A model generated the notes under the pieces. The model had not been told where the DNA came from and did not search any database. It was given only the letters and a program-made list of their open reading frames with translations. The position numbers were made by a program, and so were the translations under genes. This document shows positions 59,017 through 64,000 of a stretch of 64,000 nt of DNA, piece after piece; within the stretch, counting starts at the first letter, position 1; every line of letters starts with the position of its first letter. Source of the DNA: a virus; IMG/VR virus record IMGVR_UViG_3300030430_004473, positions 1 to 64,000 of that record; one strand, written 5' to 3'.

Positions 59017-59643
59017 ATGCCAAAAATAAATCCTTCTGATCATCAATCATCCAATAATGATCGGAGATCAACAGAACCAATGAAAGCAGGAAAGAAGATA
59101 CTAGCACCAGCTTCGGCCTCTTTTCGATACACAATGAATCAAGAACGATATTGCGAAATATTTTATGTTTGTTTGCACGATCTTGATAATAAAGAAAACG
59201 GTGATGTAGGTAAAACGATAAGTCAACGATATCTATTAAGAGAATCGCATAACTGGAGATGGGCCGAACTAGCTGCCGTTTTAATGTATAGTGATGTATT
59301 CGATAATGAAGATCCCAAAGATGTTCAAGCTCTTCTCTTAAAGAATGGCAATCGTATCAAAGTAGATCTAGTAGATGATGAATATAACGGAAAGAAAAGA
59401 CTACAAATGAGAAACTTATCAAAAGTACTGAAAGACGGAAAAGTACCGGAATACACTGATAGCGAAGTCAAACATGTATCAGAAGCTGAAAGCAACTATG
59501 CAAAAGTCAATGAATACAGAATTGAACAAGGCTGGACTACTGAAATACTTCCAAAATATCAAAAGAGTACATCAAATGAACCAGATGAAAATGATGATTG
59601 GGATATTCCTGATGATGATGATAATAACGATATCCCCTTTTAA
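59017..59643 (+). CDS. single-stranded DNA-binding protein
   Basis: Acidic tail ending DDDDNNDIPF; position. Confidence 0.7.
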   Translation: MPKINPSDHQSSNNDRRSTEPMKAGKKILAPASASFRYTMNQERYCEIFYVCLHDLDNKENGDVGKTISQRYLLRESHNWRWAELAAVLMYSDVFDNEDPKDVQALLLKNGNRIKVDLVDDEYNGKKRLQMRNLSKVLKDGKVPEYTDSEVKHVSEAESNYAKVNEYRIEQGWTTEILPKYQKSTSNEPDENDDWDIPDDDDNNDIPF

Positions 59644-59656
59644 GGAATAAAGAAGA

Positions 59657-60229
59657 ATGATTGTTGTAGGTATAGATCCAGCTAGTAATGGAGCTGCTAC
59701 GATATTGAAAGATAAAGTAGCACAAGTCGTATTTGAATGGAAATGTAGAAATAGGAAAGCAGGCCGTGTCTATGTTCTATCTATATCTACATACGGTTCT
59801 GATGAAAAAACGGTCATAGATTGTAAATGTGGAGCTGATATAGGAGCACAAATAGGTGCGTATGTACTATTACTGAAAGAAGAAGATGAACTTTTTTATC
59901 TATGCAGTGAAGACGCCTATGTCGGTTCTAACAATCGAACAGCTATTATCGTATCTCGGTTTGCTGGGATGATAGCCGGATCTGTTCACAACTACACCAG
60001 ATCATTGAATAGAGTTATGTGGGTACAACCAAACAAATGGCGAAAAGAATTAATTTCGGTCCCATACTTCACAAAAAGAGAAGTAGTAAAAAAATACTCG
60101 CTTGAATACGTTCCAAAGAAAGTACCTACTGTAGATCATCATTTGGCAGTACTCGGAATACACGATCATATCACTGATTCGGCTGGCGTAGCTATGTGGG
60201 CTTGGAATGAAATAAACAAAGAACAATAA
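59657..60229 (+). CDS. RuvC-like Holliday junction resolvase
   Basis: VGIDP, EDAY, P.KW.K, DHITDS. Confidence 0.8.
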   Translation: MIVVGIDPASNGAATILKDKVAQVVFEWKCRNRKAGRVYVLSISTYGSDEKTVIDCKCGADIGAQIGAYVLLLKEEDELFYLCSEDAYVGSNNRTAIIVSRFAGMIAGSVHNYTRSLNRVMWVQPNKWRKELISVPYFTKREVVKKYSLEYVPKKVPTVDHHLAVLGIHDHITDSAGVAMWAWNEINKEQ

Positions 60230-60258
60230 ATATCGCTGTTTTTTACAACGGAATAAAC

Positions 60259-60747
60259 ATGCAAGATCACGAATTTGTATTCAATGAATACAACAAGTAT
60301 CGAAAACATATAAAGAAAAACAAGTCTGTCATATCAAACGCAAAGATTAAGAAAATCAAAGCAATATTAAAACAGACAACAAAAGACGATCTCATACTTC
60401 TATTTGAATATCTATCAAATAGCGAAGATGATTATGTAAAGTTTATCAATGGTGATAATGAAGCTCAACGATTCTACGGAACACTTGATAATCTTTTCAG
60501 AAAATCAAAGATCAAAGAAAAAATCAGTAGAGCTAAGAAATGGAAATCTCTACAAAACAAAAATATTCCTACTCAAGATCTATTCATGCCTTTTATGTTG
60601 CTAGAAAAATCAGAAGTAGATAAATATTATCAAAACGAATTCAACGAATACGAAGAATCAAGTGAAGAAGAAGAGCCCAACATAACACTCTCAAATCTTC
60701 AAATGTCTATCTTTGCTCAACAATCAAAGGACAACGAACAAAAATGA
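60259..60747 (+). CDS. hypothetical protein, possibly replication initiation-related
   Basis: Upstream of primase-helicase; QMSIF motif. Confidence 0.5.
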   Translation: MQDHEFVFNEYNKYRKHIKKNKSVISNAKIKKIKAILKQTTKDDLILLFEYLSNSEDDYVKFINGDNEAQRFYGTLDNLFRKSKIKEKISRAKKWKSLQNKNIPTQDLFMPFMLLEKSEVDKYYQNEFNEYEESSEEEEPNITLSNLQMSIFAQQSKDNEQK

Positions 60748-62681
60748 AATGGTATGAACAAATCAACGAATCAGGAATCCATTCAGTAGCTTCAGCACTC
60801 GGCCTAACGATCAGAAAAAATATGATTACACCATGCCCAGCTTGTGGAGCTGAAAAAAGAGGAACAAACGACAAACGACCTCCAATTGGTTTCATTAAGA
60901 ACCTCAAAGGCTGGACTTGTCACAAATGCAAAGCAACCGGCAATATTATCGATCTCATAGCATATACACTTCAAGATAAACGATACAGAGAACTACCTAA
61001 AGAAGATCGTAAAAAAGTAATGAACTGGGCTGAAGAAAACAAACTTTATATCAATCAACAAGCTGAAACATTCAAGAAAATAATCAGTACTTACAACCTC
61101 ACCGATCAACAAGTACCCACAAACAACACACCCGAAGAATCAAATAGCCCTTTCAAATGGGAAAAAGATATACATCTTAAATATCATAACAATCTTTATG
61201 ATATGCCCTTTGGCCTTCACGTTATTGAATACTTATACGATTATAGAAAGATCAAAGATAACGTCATACGAAAATTTCAACTCGGAGCTATGCTTGACCA
61301 ATTTGATAATATTTGGATCGTCATACCACTACGAAACAAAGAAGGTGAAGTTATAAATCTCAAATTCCGATCACTTCCCAAACAGGATGAAAAAAAGAAA
61401 ATACGACACTGTAGCGGTCGACCTATGACTCTATTTAATATAGATAACCTTGATCATCATTATGATACCAATATAATCATTACTGAAGGGGAATTTGATG
61501 TACTAGCATATCTATCAGCTAACCCAAATGTAAACGTCTGTTCTGGTACTACGGGGGCCAAATCCAACTGGCCTGATGATTGGCTAGACGCTATCGAACC
61601 CTTTGAAAATATCTATATCAATTATGATGATGATGAAACCGGTAAAGAAGGAGCTGATAAACTTTCATCAAAACTCGGAAAAGAAAGATGTTACAAAATG
61701 AAATGCGATACATACAACGACTTCAATGAATACATTATGAATAATGAGGAAACGAAATGGCTTGATGATATTCAAAAGTTTATAAACAAAGCTGTATCCT
61801 TTCAAGAACATATTGCTCTCAAAACCGTAAGCGACTATCTTGATGAACTCGAAGATCTTATATCAAATCCTCAACAACTCAGAGGACTCAAAACTTCATC
61901 CGCTAGAATAGATTCATGTGCCGGTGGCATAGGGGCCGGCTTATGGGTTATCACCGGTGACACAGGACACGGTAAAACAACATGGGCCACCTTTGAATGT
62001 TGGTATCAAGCTCAACAAGGCGTTCCTATCATGCTAACCTCTTTCGAACAATCTCCAATCGGAACATGTCAAAAACTTCTCAGGTGCCAACTCGGGCAGG
62101 ACTTCACAAAAGTATCTAAAGAACAACGAAGAACAGCTATGAACCAACTCGGAGCTATGCCTCTTTATATCCTCGATCAATATGGAAACGCTCTACTACA
62201 AGATATCATATCCTCTATTAAATACGCTCAAAGAAGATACAACATCAAAATAGCACTTATCGATCATCTAGGTTTTCTCATAAATACAGACCAAAACACT
62301 GATGAACGCAGAGAAATAGAAGCTGCTGTTAGAGAACTCGCCACCATAGCTATCGCTTCTCAACTAACTATATTCCTCATATGTCACCCTAATAACCTTT
62401 CAAACGTGCAACAACGCAGAGTTAAAATATCTGACCTCAAAGGTGCTTCAGCAATAAAACAAGACGCTCACGTTGGGGTAGTAGTACAACGTCAACCTAT
62501 AACAACAGAAAGACCATACCCAACAACTACTCTATTCTTTGATAAAGTTAGATCCGAATTCGGGCAAGCAGGCTCCCACTGTACTCTAGCTTTCGATCCC
62601 ATAGCATGTGTTTATAAAGATGAATGGGTATCCACACCAGCTGCTCAAAGAGGGGCCAAAATAATCGTACCAAATAAATAA
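60744..62681 (+). CDS. primase-helicase (T7 gp4/Twinkle-like)
   Basis: CPAC..CHKC, TOPRIM TEGEFD and YDDD, SF4 GDTGHGKT, IDHL, LKGASAIKQ. Confidence 0.9.
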   Translation: MKWYEQINESGIHSVASALGLTIRKNMITPCPACGAEKRGTNDKRPPIGFIKNLKGWTCHKCKATGNIIDLIAYTLQDKRYRELPKEDRKKVMNWAEENKLYINQQAETFKKIISTYNLTDQQVPTNNTPEESNSPFKWEKDIHLKYHNNLYDMPFGLHVIEYLYDYRKIKDNVIRKFQLGAMLDQFDNIWIVIPLRNKEGEVINLKFRSLPKQDEKKKIRHCSGRPMTLFNIDNLDHHYDTNIIITEGEFDVLAYLSANPNVNVCSGTTGAKSNWPDDWLDAIEPFENIYINYDDDETGKEGADKLSSKLGKERCYKMKCDTYNDFNEYIMNNEETKWLDDIQKFINKAVSFQEHIALKTVSDYLDELEDLISNPQQLRGLKTSSARIDSCAGGIGAGLWVITGDTGHGKTTWATFECWYQAQQGVPIMLTSFEQSPIGTCQKLLRCQLGQDFTKVSKEQRRTAMNQLGAMPLYILDQYGNALLQDIISSIKYAQRRYNIKIALIDHLGFLINTDQNTDERREIEAAVRELATIAIASQLTIFLICHPNNLSNVQQRRVKISDLKGASAIKQDAHVGVVVQRQPITTERPYPTTTLFFDKVRSEFGQAGSHCTLAFDPIACVYKDEWVSTPAAQRGAKIIVPNK

Positions 62682-62700
62682 CAAAGAACAGGAAACTAAC

Positions 62701-63474
62701 ATGAAATTATTACATGGTGATTGTCTTGAACTGATGAAAAACATTGAAGATCAAAGTATCGACATGATTCTATGCGATCTTCCTTATGGTACTACAGCTT
62801 GTAAATGGGATACTGTAATACCGTTTGATCTTCTTTGGCACCAATATGAACGAATTATTAAAACAAATGGAGCTATAGTTTTGTTTGGTCAAGAGCCTTT
62901 TTCTTCTCATCTCAGACTAAGCAACTTAAATCTTTATAAATATGATTGGATATGGAAAAAGTCTAACCCATCAAACATAGCACTAGCTAACAAACAACCT
63001 ATGCGATATCATGAACTCATATCTGTATTCTATAAAAAACAACCAACCTATAACAAACAAATGATTCAAAGATCTGAAAATGGATCTAAAGCTATAAAAA
63101 CACAACAAAAAAGCGGTAAACCATTTGTAAATAGACGCAGTGAACAAACAGGACTTAAACATATTGAAATAGATCCTAACAAATATAACACAAAACTCAA
63201 AAATCCATCTACCATATTAGAATTTAACTCTTTACGCCCTACATCTAAAGAATTCGTAAAACATCCAACTCAGAAACCAATATCACTACTTCAATATCTC
63301 ATTCTTACATACACAAACGAAAATGAAATTGTATTGGATAATTGCATGGGTAGTGGAAGCACTGGTATAGCTGCATACAATCTTAAACGTCAATTTATCG
63401 GTATCGAAAAAGATAACACCTACTTCAATCTTGCAAAAGAACGTATTCAAGATCATCAATGGAAACTATTCTAA
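62701..63474 (+). CDS. DNA N4/N6 methyltransferase (beta class)
   Basis: DLPYGTT, HPTQKP, LDNCMGSGST. Confidence 0.92.
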   Translation: MKLLHGDCLELMKNIEDQSIDMILCDLPYGTTACKWDTVIPFDLLWHQYERIIKTNGAIVLFGQEPFSSHLRLSNLNLYKYDWIWKKSNPSNIALANKQPMRYHELISVFYKKQPTYNKQMIQRSENGSKAIKTQQKSGKPFVNRRSEQTGLKHIEIDPNKYNTKLKNPSTILEFNSLRPTSKEFVKHPTQKPISLLQYLILTYTNENEIVLDNCMGSGSTGIAAYNLKRQFIGIEKDNTYFNLAKERIQDHQWKLF

Positions 63475-63488
63475 AATAAAGGAACATC

Positions 63489-63929
63489 ATGACAAACTTC
63501 TTTCAATCCACAAAACGATTCTCCGGATATTCGGTAGCTTTCAGACAGTACAAAGCCACACACTCTCATTGTCAATACATACATGGATACTCGCTTGAAT
63601 TCATAGCTACCTTTCAAGGACAACTTGATCAATATAACTGGGTCAATGACTTCGGTATATTCTCAAAAAATGGCACCAAACAACAACTAAAATATATGTT
63701 CGACCATACAACCCTCGTAGATGAAAACGATCCACACATCAATATCTTTCAAACTCTTCATCATAAAAAAATCATTCAAATGAGAGTCGTGGAAAACCTA
63801 TCATCTGAATACTTCGCTAAAATCGTGTTCGATATCCTTTCTGAACAAAATACCGATCTCATGAAATGTATCAAAGTAGAATGTATCGAAAACAAAAATA
63901 ACTCAGCTTCTTATTCAATAGGAATATAA
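63489..63929 (+). CDS. queD: 6-carboxy-5,6,7,8-tetrahydropterin synthase
   Basis: HSHCQYIHGY, DFG, FDH, SSE, ENKNNSASY. Confidence 0.88.
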   Translation: MTNFFQSTKRFSGYSVAFRQYKATHSHCQYIHGYSLEFIATFQGQLDQYNWVNDFGIFSKNGTKQQLKYMFDHTTLVDENDPHINIFQTLHHKKIIQMRVVENLSSEYFAKIVFDILSEQNTDLMKCIKVECIENKNNSASYSIGI

Positions 63930-63931
63930 TC

Positions 63932-64000
63932 ATGAACAACTTAAACAACCAAATAACCATAGCTTATAAATGCAACCTCAATAAAATAGATGATGAACTC
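63932..64000 (+). CDS. start of unidentified ORF (truncated)
   Basis: AGGA RBS, ATG 63932, open to window end. Confidence 0.45.
   Translation, partial: MNNLNNQITIAYKCNLNKIDDEL

Noticed and set aside
1-64000. CRISPR array, tRNA, rRNA, integrase, reverse transcriptase/DGR
   Set aside because: None seen by eye; tRNAscan and repeat finders were not run.
63932-64000. folE following queD
   Set aside because: Only 23 codons visible; no diagnostic motif.
1-64000. Alternative genetic code
   Set aside because: Long genes are intact in the standard code and all three stop codons are used.

Overview
The window is most of a low-GC tailed dsDNA phage genome with siphovirus-type architecture: lambda GpA-like terminase, HK97-type portal, protease and capsid, tail tube, frameshifted tail chaperone, 1727-aa tape measure and tail-tip/fibre genes. 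The replication/recombination block has a PD-(D/E)XK exonuclease, Sak4-like ATPase, SSB, RuvC and a T7 gp4/Twinkle-like primase-helicase, but no DNA polymerase or clamp. DNA-modification and anti-restriction genes are unusually numerous: ArdC, two C5 and four amino methyltransferases, queC/queD/queE plus a TGT-fold transglycosylase, a GREB1/TAGT-like glycosyltransferase and a PAPS-reductase-family enzyme. Islands of small self-promoted genes interrupt the structural modules. Three signals stand out. (1) A ~110-nt sRNA candidate at 56.8 kb, with its own promoter and terminator, displays CUCCGUUGUU in a hairpin loop; this is antisense to an AACAACGGAG-type ribosome-binding site used by about 16 non-structural genes and not by virion genes. 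(2) QLxLF-type beta-clamp-binding motifs occur on nearly every DNA-modification enzyme, suggesting fork-coupled modification. (3) CCGG/GGCC/AGCT palindromes look enriched rather than avoided in a hand count of the first 2 kb. All calls come from motif reading by eye; no database searches were run.
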